Assembly: GCA_044356215.1 (NCBI GenBank)
Contig: JBIKWQ010000002.1
Coordinates: 25,824 to 89,823 of the forward strand
Reading direction: 5' to 3'
Length of the DNA stretch: 64,000 nt
Origin: Bdellovibrionota bacterium
GTDB lineage: Bacteria > Bdellovibrionota_C > UBA2361 > OMII01
A program made the translations under genes and the position numbers. Positions 9,008 through 18,835 of this stretch are shown in pieces. How positions within the stretch are numbered: the first letter of the stretch is position 1; every line of letters begins with the position of its first letter. The notes under the pieces were generated by a model. That model was not told the DNA's origin. It searched no databases and saw nothing but the letters and a program-made list of their open reading frames with translations.

Positions 9008-10285
9008 TTAGCCCGCCAACCTTCGCGCTAACCCCTCAACCTCTCTCACTGCTTCCTCTGCGGAGCAGGGCGACCTGGCTGATTGTCTAACTAGATCAAA
9101 CAATTCATTTTTTAGATCTAGTATCTTTTGAAGCTCTGGATCTGCCACACCACCAAGAAGAATTATCTGTCGGTCTTTTAGAAATCGTGACATAGCTGAT
9201 GTGATTAGGCGCGCATGATTTAAGTATTCCCCCGAATGTAATCTACCAAAGAGTCGTGAGATGCTTTGAGTTACATCGATCGCTGGAAGGATCCCCAGTT
9301 CAGCGATCTCTTTGCGTAGGCATATATGCCCGTCTAAAAGGCTCTTTATCTCATCGGCTAGCGGATCGATATCATCATCTTGATTAGTCAGCACGGTGTA
9401 AAGAGCGGTAATAGATCCTCTGTGTGATACCCCAGCCCTCTCTACTAATTTAGGAAGCTGTGTATAGACCGAGTTGGTATATCCGTGTCTGACGGGAAGA
9501 TCTCCCGCGGAGATGCTGGTCTCACGAATGGCGCGCGCCATGCGGGTTAGAGAGTCGATAATCAGCAGAACGTCTTTGCCTTGATCTCTAAAGTGTTCTG
9601 CAATAGCTGTGGCGGTGTAGGGTGCCGTTTGGCGGGTTAAAGATGAATCATCGCTAGTCGCGACAACTATAACACTTCGCTTAAGCCCATCTGCTCCAAG
9701 AGTTTCATCGATAAATTCCTGAACCTCTCTTCCGCGTTCGCCAACTAACGCTACTACTATTACATCGATCTGAGCTTCTCGGGCAATCATCGCAAGTAAG
9801 GTTGATTTTCCGACACCAGCGGAAGCGAACACTCCAACTCGTTGTCCTTTGCCAATCGTGCAGAGTGAATCGATAGCTTTGACTCCTGTATTTAGCGGAG
9901 TGTCTATCGGCGGTCTGCCTGATGCCGGCGGAGGTTTCGAATTAATAGACCGATGCTGAGTTGCGCTGCTTGCGAGCTTCCCATCTAGTGGTATTCCAAG
10001 TGGAGAGATAACTCGGCCTAATAGTTCATCTCCTACAGGGATCTTTAGTTGAGTACCTTTAGTTTTAACACGCGCCCCCGGTATAATCCCATCCGGATCA
10101 TCGAATAGGGCCAAAGAAAATACATCCTCATTAAACGAGATGATCTGCGCTGCCAAGTCTCCGCGATCTCTGGTGGTGATCCAACAGAGATCTCCCACAG
10201 ATGCCTGAGGTAGTCTCGCGGTTAATGAGCTACCCTGCGCTGAAATAATCGAGCCAGTAATGGTAAAAGGTGAAAGTGCTTCCAT
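9008..10285 (-). CDS. fliI: FliI/SctN type III export ATPase
   Basis: Walker A ASAGVGKST, GERGREV, LLIIDSLTR, LDGHI, SISR. Start MEALSP at 10285. Confidence 0.9.
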   Translation of the reverse strand: MEALSPFTITGSIISAQGSSLTARLPQASVGDLCWITTRDRGDLAAQIISFNEDVFSLALFDDPDGIIPGARVKTKGTQLKIPVGDELLGRVISPLGIPLDGKLASSATQHRSINSKPPPASGRPPIDTPLNTGVKAIDSLCTIGKGQRVGVFASAGVGKSTLLAMIAREAQIDVIVVALVGERGREVQEFIDETLGADGLKRSVIVVATSDDSSLTRQTAPYTATAIAEHFRDQGKDVLLIIDSLTRMARAIRETSISAGDLPVRHGYTNSVYTQLPKLVERAGVSHRGSITALYTVLTNQDDDIDPLADEIKSLLDGHICLRKEIAELGILPAIDVTQSISRLFGRLHSGEYLNHARLITSAMSRFLKDRQIILLGGVADPELQKILDLKNELFDLVRQSARSPCSAEEAVREVEGLARRLAG

Positions 10286-10287
10286 TG

Positions 10288-10878
10288 TTAAGCGGCTCTG
10301 GAGAGCTTTAGCTCGGAGACTGATTGGACCGCAGACTGCCATGAAAATTCGATACCACCTCTTGATCCTTCGATAATAAAATCGGCCTCTGATAATTCGC
10401 GGTCGACGCGAATTGATACGCCGGAAGTTAAGAGCGGAGATATTTCGTTTATGATGTTTAGGTAGCGCTTATTTAGAGCGATATGAATTTCGCGCGAATC
10501 TTTAAGTAGCCCAAGGCCCTCTGAGATCCAAGCCATTAATGCTTCAGGTCTTGTTGTTAGAGTTGTGTCTATTATCTTCTGTGCAATAGACGTGGCTAGA
10601 GCTAGTGTATCGTTAGCCGCCGCGTTGATAGCATCCTCATAGCAGCCCCTTAACCCTTTAATTAAATCGATACATTCGTTCCTGCCTTGGGCTAGGCCCT
10701 CCTGGTAGCCTTGGCCAAAACCTCTGCGGCGAATATAGCGCGAGTATCTTGCGCTTTTGGCCCGGGATCGCTTGCGCTCTTGGGCGATGGTAGTTCGGCC
10801 CAGTTTGATAGTTTGTCTGAGCGCGCTAACTGACAAGTCCTGGATAATACCGGCAGGCATGAGCTTGGCTTTAAACAT
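10288..10878 (-). CDS. fliH: FliH/SctL-like stator protein
   Basis: GxxxG repeats (GFGQGYQEGLAQG), FliH-like C-terminus, immediately upstream of fliI. Confidence 0.7.
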   Translation of the reverse strand: MFKAKLMPAGIIQDLSVSALRQTIKLGRTTIAQERKRSRAKSARYSRYIRRRGFGQGYQEGLAQGRNECIDLIKGLRGCYEDAINAAANDTLALATSIAQKIIDTTLTTRPEALMAWISEGLGLLKDSREIHIALNKRYLNIINEISPLLTSGVSIRVDRELSEADFIIEGSRGGIEFSWQSAVQSVSELKLSRAA

Positions 10879-10960
10879 AGAAAAAGACCTATCCCTTTAT
10901 ACTAGTTACGTTACATCTTTATCGGGTAGACGAAGCGAAGAGTTGCTATGATCTCGAGTT

Positions 10961-10989
10961 TTGCCCGCAGGTTCTAAGTGTGCTACAAT
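10961..10989 (+). promoter_or_regulatory. Putative sigma70 promoter of pfkA
   Basis: TTGCCC-N17-TACAAT with extended TG. Confidence 0.55.
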
Positions 10990-11025
10990 ATTCATCTTTA
11001 GTTATCTAACATTCCATGGTGAATT

Positions 11026-12177
11026 ATGGCCTCAAGTGTCAATTCAGGAAGAAAGAATTTCGGCATCGTAGTGAGCGGTGGGCCGGCGCCTGGAATTAAC
11101 TCGGTTATCAGCGCCTGCGTTATAGAAGCTACTAATCGTGGCTACGGCGTTAAGGGTTTAGTAAACGGGTTCCATGACATAACGATGGGGGAGCTCGGAT
11201 CTGTTGTTGACCTGACTACAGATATGATCACAACTATCTACAACAAGGGAGGTTCGATTATCGGAACCTCAAGATTTAATCCGCTAAAAGACGAGAAGCT
11301 TTTGGGGCAGTTCCTCGCGGGCCTTGAGGCTAACAACATCGATAAGTTGATCGTAATAGGTGGAGAGGGATCGGCTTATCTAAGTCTTAAGCTCTCGCAG
11401 CTTCATAGTAATCTGTCGATTGTGCACGTTCCTAAGACGATTGATAATGATCTAGTTTTGCCGAGCAATCACCCAAGCTTTGGTTTTGAAACCGCGATGC
11501 ACGCTGGAACCAAGATAGTTGAGATCCTCAGAGAAGACGCCAAGACGTGTCGCCGCTGGTTTTTGGTTACGACTATGGGTCGTAAAGCTGGATTTCTCGC
11601 TCTAGGTATGGGTCTGGCCGCTGGTGCAACATCAACTTTAATACCTGAGGAGTTTGCGGGTGTGGCTCCATCACCCGATGATGTAGCTGCGATTATTTTA
11701 TCATCGATCCGCAAGCGGATATCGATGGGGAAGAACTATGGTGTGATCGTCCTAGCCGAAGGAATTATTGATTGCATCGACGCGAGCAAGAGCGAAGCAT
11801 TGCAGAGCTGTGTTAAAGATGACATGGGCCGTATCCGCTACTCTCAAGTGGAGCTAGGAGATGTGATTATTCCTCCCCTCAAGCGGATGCTTAAAGAGGT
11901 GAACATAGATGTGCATATGATCACCAAAAATATCGGATACGAGCTGCGGTGTTGTGATCCGATATCATTCGATGTCGAGTATTCAAAGTTTTTAGGCTAC
12001 GGAGCGGTGCAGCATATATTAGGTGGCAACAGCGGGATAATGGTCACGCGAGATTTCGATAGGCTCGGGTTTATCCCGCTTGAGTCGATGGCCGGAAGCA
12101 ACGGAGTTATCAAGTCCAGAGGCGTTGATCTGTCGTCGGATCTGTATCGCGTGGCGCGGAGTTTTATGATTCGGTAG
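11026..12177 (+). CDS. pfkA: 6-phosphofructokinase (PfkA family)
   Basis: SGGPAPGIN, GGSIIGTSR, IGGEGS, PKTIDND, MGRKAG, IGYELRC. Confidence 0.92.
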   Translation: MASSVNSGRKNFGIVVSGGPAPGINSVISACVIEATNRGYGVKGLVNGFHDITMGELGSVVDLTTDMITTIYNKGGSIIGTSRFNPLKDEKLLGQFLAGLEANNIDKLIVIGGEGSAYLSLKLSQLHSNLSIVHVPKTIDNDLVLPSNHPSFGFETAMHAGTKIVEILREDAKTCRRWFLVTTMGRKAGFLALGMGLAAGATSTLIPEEFAGVAPSPDDVAAIILSSIRKRISMGKNYGVIVLAEGIIDCIDASKSEALQSCVKDDMGRIRYSQVELGDVIIPPLKRMLKEVNIDVHMITKNIGYELRCCDPISFDVEYSKFLGYGAVQHILGGNSGIMVTRDFDRLGFIPLESMAGSNGVIKSRGVDLSSDLYRVARSFMIR

Positions 12178-12192
12178 GGGGGCGGGACATCG

Positions 12193-13299
12193 TTGAATTT
12201 ATACAGGTATTCCGGATCTCTTTTATCACTCTCTCTTGCCTTACTATTTATTAGTGTCCCGATCACCAATGGAGACGTTCCGGATAAGGAAGAAGTGAGA
12301 TTTGGAGCTACACTCTCCCTGTCAGGTGGCTCGGCTCAGTTTTCTGAATCTTGTAGGAACGCGATTGAGCTTGCCTCAGCAGATGTTAATAGTGGCGGTG
12401 GGATAAATGGAGCGAAGCTTCGTGTTCTGATCGAGGACTTTGGAGATTTGGATCTAAAGCGGGCTGCGTCGGCCGCTCATAAGTTAATCAATGCTGACCG
12501 CGTTTCAGCTATCTTACCTAATTGGTCAGAGGACACTGAGGTTATCGCCCCGATTGCCGATCGCGCCGGTATAGTGGCTATGACGCTAGGGGCAGGGGGC
12601 CCGGGAGCCGCTCGATATGCGCCATCTCTTTTTCGGGCGACAACTTCAGACGGTGAATTGGCCGCGGCCGCGGCTCGCGACTATCGCACGCAAGGAGCTA
12701 ATCGGGCGTGCGTTTTACACGCGAACACTAATTACTTTCAGGACATCGGAAAGAACCTAGTAGATACTTGGTCGTCTTTAGGTGGAGTGATTACGTTCCA
12801 CGAAGAGGTTGACTACAATGAGCACAATCTAAGCTCGCTTGTTACGCGAATGAATAGGCGTGGCTGTGACGTGATCTTTGTTTGGACCACTCCAGCGCAG
12901 ATCGCCAAGACGGTGCGAGAGCTGCGAAGGCAGCGCATCGGGACACCACGAGTATTGCCGTGGTTCGCTGATATGCCGGAGGTGCTCAATGAAACAAAAG
13001 GAGACGCCTCTTCGGCTGAGTTATATCGCTGGATTCTTAAAGACAAGAGCTTCATAGAGCGTTACAAAGTACGCTTTGGCATAGACGCGCGCAGACCAGC
13101 GGGAAATTGTTACGACGGTGTGATGCGTCTAGCGGCGGCTGCCCGCAAAGTTGGGATGACCCGTGATAAATTGATCCAAGAGCTTCTAGCTAGTGAGGAT
13201 TTCTCAGGTGTAACCGGACCCTTCAGGATCCTGCCAAATAGAGAACGCACCGGGGAGATCTATGAGCGTGCGCGGATTGTGGATGGGAAGGTTGGGTAG
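12193..13299 (+). CDS. ABC transporter substrate-binding protein (LivJ/LivK-like, type I periplasmic fold)
   Basis: GATLSLSG, VNSGGGING, FSGVTGPF. N-terminal hydrophobic segment. No permease nearby. Confidence 0.8.
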   Translation: MNLYRYSGSLLSLSLALLFISVPITNGDVPDKEEVRFGATLSLSGGSAQFSESCRNAIELASADVNSGGGINGAKLRVLIEDFGDLDLKRAASAAHKLINADRVSAILPNWSEDTEVIAPIADRAGIVAMTLGAGGPGAARYAPSLFRATTSDGELAAAAARDYRTQGANRACVLHANTNYFQDIGKNLVDTWSSLGGVITFHEEVDYNEHNLSSLVTRMNRRGCDVIFVWTTPAQIAKTVRELRRQRIGTPRVLPWFADMPEVLNETKGDASSAELYRWILKDKSFIERYKVRFGIDARRPAGNCYDGVMRLAAAARKVGMTRDKLIQELLASEDFSGVTGPFRILPNRERTGEIYERARIVDGKVG

Positions 13300-13630
13300 A
13301 TCGCTGGGAGTTTTTACGGATTCTAATTTAAGTGCGGACAAAAAGCTAAGTAGACAGCCCAAAAGTTGGAGTGTCATGTACCCTAGCGCGACATGGAGAG
13401 TCTCGCGACCTGATGATTTTTAGTACGTGACGTAAGCTTGATTGGGCCACTTTTTCTTAAGTGAAGTAGGGTGTTATGTCGCTTGAGAGGAGGGGCTTTG
13501 GATTTTTTCAGTATTTACGAGCATTAAGGCGCTGTTTTTTGGACTGGGGGGCTGGATCTCGTCGTAACCGATTCAGTAAAAGTAGATCCTGCAGCTTTGT
13601 TAGCGAGCCCGGCTCTGGTAATTTAGTAGA

Positions 13631-14215
13631 ATGACTGATCGTAGTTATAATCGAAAGTTTGTATCCGGGGATAAATCCGCCCCGCGCCCTGACTCTATCT
13701 TGAGCCAAGTTCAGCAGGCACTGACATGGAGAGGATTTAGTTTTAACGACTTGAGAGAGCAGATCCCCAAAACACAAGAGGGCCTGTATCACTGGGAGTC
13801 GTACCTTCTTGGCTCCGAAACCGATCCGGCTAACCTAGCGCTTATTTCACTTCCGTCCGGAGTCGCAACGACTCCGAGTCTATTTGTAGGGCCATCAGGT
13901 GATGAGCGAAGAGACTTCTCCTTCGCCGTTCACACACTGGCAGGGCATGGTGATTTGATAATAATGAAGCCTGGCGGCTCAATTGAAGTTCATGAGCTTT
14001 ACAGGGGAGGACCGGTATATCACGTTAGACCAGGTGATATATACGCTCTGCAAGCTGGTGATAGAGGGCTAGTAGTTGGAGATTATTGCGCCCCGCGTTT
14101 TAAGCCTGAATGGGAGGTGCCGGTTGATCCTAGTAAGCTTCCCAACCAGTTTATTAGGAAGCTCAATGGACAAGGCAGCCGCAGAAACCCCGAGTCTAAC
14201 AGCCAGTGTGGCTAG
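13631..14215 (+). CDS. Hypothetical protein, possible cupin-like fold
   Basis: Longest ORF at this locus. Beta-rich segment GHGDLII...YHVRPGDIYAL...CAPRF resembles cupin motif 2. Confidence 0.45.
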   Translation: MTDRSYNRKFVSGDKSAPRPDSILSQVQQALTWRGFSFNDLREQIPKTQEGLYHWESYLLGSETDPANLALISLPSGVATTPSLFVGPSGDERRDFSFAVHTLAGHGDLIIMKPGGSIEVHELYRGGPVYHVRPGDIYALQAGDRGLVVGDYCAPRFKPEWEVPVDPSKLPNQFIRKLNGQGSRRNPESNSQCG

Positions 14216-14792
14216 AGCTGTGGATCTGCTGGAGGCGAGTGCTCTCCGCGCTCTCTCCACCACTGACTTGCGCGGTGAAATAAAACTATTCCCGGCCCGA
14301 CGGAAGAACGCAGCAGCAATAGGCAGAGACTTCCAGAAAAAAGCATAAGTTTGGGATATTCATTAATCGATAACGAGCTGAAGTGTATCTGTGAGTAGAG
14401 ACTATAAGATAGTGCGCCAAACGCTCCTTGGATGATACCGAAAGCAGCAACATGCTTTGATTAGAATGCTGGCTAGCTCAGCGACTCACCTACTGCTCGT
14501 ATTTTGAGCGACTGTATCAAGCACGGTTGGTGCGCAAGCCGCCACGATAACAGTAGTGCATGGAATTAACGGCTAGCACCTTGACTTGGCCTTAAACCCC
14601 AGAAATACAACAAAGGCGACAAAAGCCAGCGTAAGTGTGGTTTTGCCGTTTTTACCAAGATTGGCCAATTGCCAGAGGTTATCAGGAGGCGATATCGTGG
14701 AGGAGCCTCGAGCCGATTTGGCAAAGCCAGCCAGGAGCTCTTGTGGCAAGAGGAAGATAGCCTTCGCGATTTACCTAATGTAAGGAGTCTCA

Positions 14793-15221
14793 GTGTTAAA
14801 GAGTATGCTCGATCTAGGCCCGCTAAAGAACGCGTTGTCTCAACTTGAGGATGGTCTGCGGCTAGCTGAGCAGCCTGGAGCAGCGGAGATAGTTAGAGAT
14901 GGCGTGATCCAGCGATTTGAATATACCTATGAGTTGTGCTGGAAGATGTTACGACGCTACCTTGAAATGACTGAAGACGATCCCCAGCGAGTGGACCAAC
15001 TTTCATTTGGGGATCTGACACGTCTAGGTTTTGAGCGAGGGCTGCTGCGCTCAAGTTACGATGTATGGGCTGGGTTTCGTCAAGCGAGAGGAACAACTAG
15101 TCACACCTATGACAGGTTAAAGGCTGAGCAGGTGTATAGCGTAATCCCAGCTTTTTATCTTGAAGCACGTTTTTTATTCGATCATCTGAGGCAAGCGATT
15201 TCTAGTCAGGTGGGTAAATGA
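14793..15221 (+). CDS. hepT: HEPN toxin / nucleotidyltransferase substrate-binding protein (HI0074 family)
   Basis: GVIQRFEYTYELCWKML and RX4HXY motif (RGTTSHTY). Overlaps the downstream MNT gene (ATGA). Confidence 0.9.
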   Translation: MLKSMLDLGPLKNALSQLEDGLRLAEQPGAAEIVRDGVIQRFEYTYELCWKMLRRYLEMTEDDPQRVDQLSFGDLTRLGFERGLLRSSYDVWAGFRQARGTTSHTYDRLKAEQVYSVIPAFYLEARFLFDHLRQAISSQVGK

Positions 15222-15511
15222 TAGGGGTAACCGCGAAGCAAAAATCGTTGCTCCGTGACCTCTTACTCCGGCACGTGCCCGACACAGAGGTCTGGGTTTT
15301 TGGCTCCAGGGTCCGAGGGCCGGTGAAAGATAGTTCGGACTTAGATTTAGCTCTGTATCCAAAAAAAACACTAAGTATGTCCGCGATGGGTCTGCTGCAA
15401 GAGGCCCTAAGTGAGGCCCTTCTGCCATTTAGGGTGGATTGTGTAGATACAACCTCGATAACTCCGGAATTTCGGGCTATTATCGATCAATCTCGGCAGA
15501 GATTTATTTGA
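15218..15511 (+). CDS. mntA: Minimal nucleotidyltransferase antitoxin (MNT)
   Basis: FGSRVRGPVKDSSDLD matches GSX10DXD. LPFRVD near the C-terminus. Confidence 0.9.
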   Translation: MIGVTAKQKSLLRDLLLRHVPDTEVWVFGSRVRGPVKDSSDLDLALYPKKTLSMSAMGLLQEALSEALLPFRVDCVDTTSITPEFRAIIDQSRQRFI

Positions 15512-15557
15512 CGGCATATATCCTTTAGGTTGGCCGTTATATGAATTAGGTGAATAA

Positions 15558-17210
15558 GTGCTACTTCGCGGAACAGCTATCGTTTCAGTTTTAACCCTAC
15601 TTAGTCGCCTTCTAGGTTTCGCCCGCGATCTCCTGGTTGCTCGGCTACTAGGCGCGTCACTTTTCGCTGACGCTTTCTTTGTGGCCTTTAGAATCCCTAA
15701 TCTCCTTAGAAGCTTTGTCGCCGAGGGGGCGCTGACTTCGGCATTTACACCGGTTTTCTCGAGCGCCTTAACTAAGGGCAAAGACGAGGCCCGCGAGACT
15801 GTACGTAGGATTATCGGATTTCTCTTATTAATTACGTTAACGCTAACTGCTCTGCTAGTCCTGTTTGCCCCGGCAATTATCGATTTAATGGCGCCTGGAT
15901 TCAGGGTGGAGGGGAGAAAGTTTGAATTGTGCGTAAAGTTAACGCGCATGATGGCGCCTTATATCGCTTGTGTCAGTTTGATAGCCCTTGTAAACGCCGC
16001 GTTAAATGCTCTTAACATCTTCGGAGCGTCAGCGTGGGCTCAGGTGGTGATGAATTTAGTGCTGATAGTGGGTGCCTTACTGGCCACGCCATTCGATCTT
16101 ACAACGGCTACCGTTGTACTAGCGTTGTCCGTCCTAATTGGTGGTGTCGTTCAGGTACTTGTTCAGGTTCCAGCTTGTCGTCGTAGTGGCCTATCGCTTA
16201 AGCCGTCTACACAATTATTCTCTCGTGATGTTAGAGATGTTGTGAAACTCATGATACCGGCGACGCTTGGTGCTTCGGTTTATCAGATAACGATCTTCAT
16301 GAGCACGATATTAGCTTCGTTGCTTCCATCTGGCAGCGTCTCTTGGCTCTTCTATGCTGACCGCGTGGCGCAATTTCCTATCGGTGTATTTTCGGTGGCA
16401 CTCGCGTCTGTACTGCTGCCGGCGCTTGCTAATGCTTCAGCAAAAAGTGATGATTCAGCGTTCACTCGAAACCTGTCTAATTCTCTGCGCTATACAAGTT
16501 TCTGCATTATTCCGATGTCTGTTGGTATCGCGGTGCTGGCCCTGCCGATTACAAAGATCTTATTCGAAAGGGGAGCATTTGATCAGGTATCGAGTTTAAA
16601 GACAGCTTTGGCGCTGCAGTCACTATGTTTTGGTTTATGGGCTTCTAGCTGCTATTCCATGCTGGCCCGAGCGTTTATCGCCAGAAAAGATACGCTAACC
16701 CCAAGCTTAATCGGCATGGCATCTTTGATGATTAATCTTGTTGTATCGCTGTCTCTGATGGGAGCTCTAAAAGTTGGTAGTGACTCCGGGTACATAACAG
16801 GTACCCTTAGAGCTCTTCAAATGGCAGTGACAGTGGCATTTCCTTTCTCATCAAATCTAGGTCATGTAGGCTTAGCAGCCGCTTCGTCTGTAGCCGCTTT
16901 GGCGAGTCTAGTTTTCGCGCTTTTGCTGTTTCGTTTTAAGTTAGGGGTATTTCCTTGGAGTGATTTTATCTCGGCTACTTGGAGGTCTCTATGTGCTTCG
17001 CTCTGTATGGCTGTGGTGGTAAAGCTAGTAATTGTGAATATTCAAAATCCTCTGTGGGCGTGCGTATTTGGCGCGTTTTTAGGGGCTGTTACCTTTATTG
17101 TTGCTTCGTTTCTGGTAAACTCACGGGAGCTTAAGGAGGCGCTGTTAGTGGCGAGGGCTAAGTTAAGGAAGCGAGGCAAAACCCCTCCCTGCTGCGAAAG
17201 CAGATCTTGA
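15558..17210 (+). CDS. murJ: Lipid II flippase MurJ (MviN)
   Basis: TLLSRLLGFARD, DAFFVAFRIPNLLR..AEGAL, LFYADR, LFERGAF. Confidence 0.96.
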   Translation: MLLRGTAIVSVLTLLSRLLGFARDLLVARLLGASLFADAFFVAFRIPNLLRSFVAEGALTSAFTPVFSSALTKGKDEARETVRRIIGFLLLITLTLTALLVLFAPAIIDLMAPGFRVEGRKFELCVKLTRMMAPYIACVSLIALVNAALNALNIFGASAWAQVVMNLVLIVGALLATPFDLTTATVVLALSVLIGGVVQVLVQVPACRRSGLSLKPSTQLFSRDVRDVVKLMIPATLGASVYQITIFMSTILASLLPSGSVSWLFYADRVAQFPIGVFSVALASVLLPALANASAKSDDSAFTRNLSNSLRYTSFCIIPMSVGIAVLALPITKILFERGAFDQVSSLKTALALQSLCFGLWASSCYSMLARAFIARKDTLTPSLIGMASLMINLVVSLSLMGALKVGSDSGYITGTLRALQMAVTVAFPFSSNLGHVGLAAASSVAALASLVFALLLFRFKLGVFPWSDFISATWRSLCASLCMAVVVKLVIVNIQNPLWACVFGAFLGAVTFIVASFLVNSRELKEALLVARAKLRKRGKTPPCCESRS

Positions 17211-17352
17211 GCTGCTCTTCGAATTTCGCGACGAGAAAAAATCCTCAATGTATCTCAGCGGATACATCTGCGGTTTTTTCTCATCACGAAACTCGAATAT
17301 CAACTCAACCTCCACTTTCTCGCTACGAGCAGGTTTTGCCTCACTTCCTTAA
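17163..17352. mobile_element. Palindromic element family B, copy 1 (190 bp), inserted in the 3' end of murJ
   Basis: TTAAGGAAG...CTTCCTTAA ends and nested hairpins. Colinear homologue at 25859-26049. Confidence 0.88.
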
Positions 17353-17423
17353 GGAAGCAAAAATAGCTGAAGTAGTGATGTACTAACGGCAATGATCTTA
17401 AATCTTGATGAGTAGTCGCGAGA

Positions 17424-18701
17424 ATGAAATCTGACGATTTGATAAGCCGAGATAAAGCTGTAATTTGGCATCCCTTCACTCAGAGCGCTCTTGAGCAAGA
17501 GATGTTGGATGTTGACCGAGCAGGCGGTGCTAGCCTGTTTCTTAAATCTGGAGAGGAGTTAATCGATGGTATCAGCTCGTGGTGGTGTAACCTTCACGGA
17601 CACGGGCACCCGGAGTTAGTTAAGGCTGCGACGGATCAATTTAAGAGATTAGATCACATTTTATTCGCCGGATGCACGCATGAGCCTGCGGTCGCTTTAG
17701 GTGAGGAGTTAGTGCGGGTCCTTCCAGGTGACATGGGGAAGGTTTTCTATTCCGACAATGGCTCTACCGCTGTTGAGGTAGCGCTTAAGATGGCTATTCA
17801 ATGGTGGCACAACCGTGGGGATAGTCGCGGCACTACAGTGGCATTGACTGGCAGTTATCACGGCGACACCTTTGGTGCTATGTCCGCTGGAGCGCGGGGA
17901 CTATTCACTAAGCCTTTTGACCAGATGCTTTTTCAAGTAGAGCATCTAGATGTCGATCAACCCGAGCAGGCTATCGCATCACTTGAGAGTTTGTGCGCGG
18001 CGGGGAAAGTGGCAGCGTTTATTTATGAGCCTCTTATTCAGGGGGCGGGTGGGATGCGCATCTATAGCCGCGATACTTTAGAGCGACTAATTGATATCTG
18101 TAAAAGCTATGGAGTTATCTGTATCGCTGATGAAGTAATGACAGGTTTTGGCAGAACAGGGCCGCTTTTCGCGTCTTCGAGTTTAAAGACCGCGCCTGAC
18201 ATCATCTGCATTTCAAAGGGGCTTACAAGTGGGTCTGTGCCTTTGTCGGCGACGGTGTGTTCAGAGGAGATCTTTCAAGGCTTCGTATCGCGGGAGATGA
18301 CGCATACATTTTTTCATGGCCACACATACACTGGTAATCCGATAGCAGCATCGATCGCCTTAGCGAGTCTTAAGCTTACAGAGTCAGATGAGTGCGCCTC
18401 GAATAGAGCCAGGATTCATGCGGCGCACGTTAAGTGTGCGCAGGAGTTAATCGCGCTTCCAACGGTTTCAAATGCCCGAGTTTTAGGTACGGTCATAGCG
18501 TTTGATCTGCTAGACCCTGAGGGTAAGGGGTACCTAAGCTCGGTAAAAGATGATGCGAGTAGATTTTTTAGGAGCCGCGGAGTTCTTTTGAGGCCTTTAG
18601 GAAACGTGGTGTACGCGTTGCCACCGTATTGCATAACTGACGAGCAGCTTGAGCGTCTTCACAGGAGCATGATTGATTTCGCGGCTGGGGGAAGGGGATA
18701 A
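17424..18701 (+). CDS. bioA: Adenosylmethionine-8-amino-7-oxononanoate aminotransferase
   Basis: IWHPFTQ, DGISSWW, SDNGSTAVEVALKMA, SYHGDT, DEVMTGFGRTG, SKGLT, LRPLGN. Confidence 0.96.
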   Translation: MKSDDLISRDKAVIWHPFTQSALEQEMLDVDRAGGASLFLKSGEELIDGISSWWCNLHGHGHPELVKAATDQFKRLDHILFAGCTHEPAVALGEELVRVLPGDMGKVFYSDNGSTAVEVALKMAIQWWHNRGDSRGTTVALTGSYHGDTFGAMSAGARGLFTKPFDQMLFQVEHLDVDQPEQAIASLESLCAAGKVAAFIYEPLIQGAGGMRIYSRDTLERLIDICKSYGVICIADEVMTGFGRTGPLFASSSLKTAPDIICISKGLTSGSVPLSATVCSEEIFQGFVSREMTHTFFHGHTYTGNPIAASIALASLKLTESDECASNRARIHAAHVKCAQELIALPTVSNARVLGTVIAFDLLDPEGKGYLSSVKDDASRFFRSRGVLLRPLGNVVYALPPYCITDEQLERLHRSMIDFAAGGRG

Positions 18702-18725
18702 GTTGGGAGCGCCTTTGACCTCCAT

Positions 18726-18738
18726 GTAGTCGGGCTAC
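18726..18738. repeat. GTAG-type short palindrome (REP-like), upstream of RAYT
   Basis: GTAGTCGGGCTAC. Its reverse complement matches GTAGCCCGGCTAC at 19952-19964 at 12/13 positions. Confidence 0.5.
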
Positions 18739-18835
18739 TCTTTATCGTCCTGCCTGAACTTTTTTGCCCAGCGCGCAACTTTGACAATCCAGCGCACGAT
18801 ATTTAGAGAGTCTTTTAACTAATAGAGGCTCTCTG

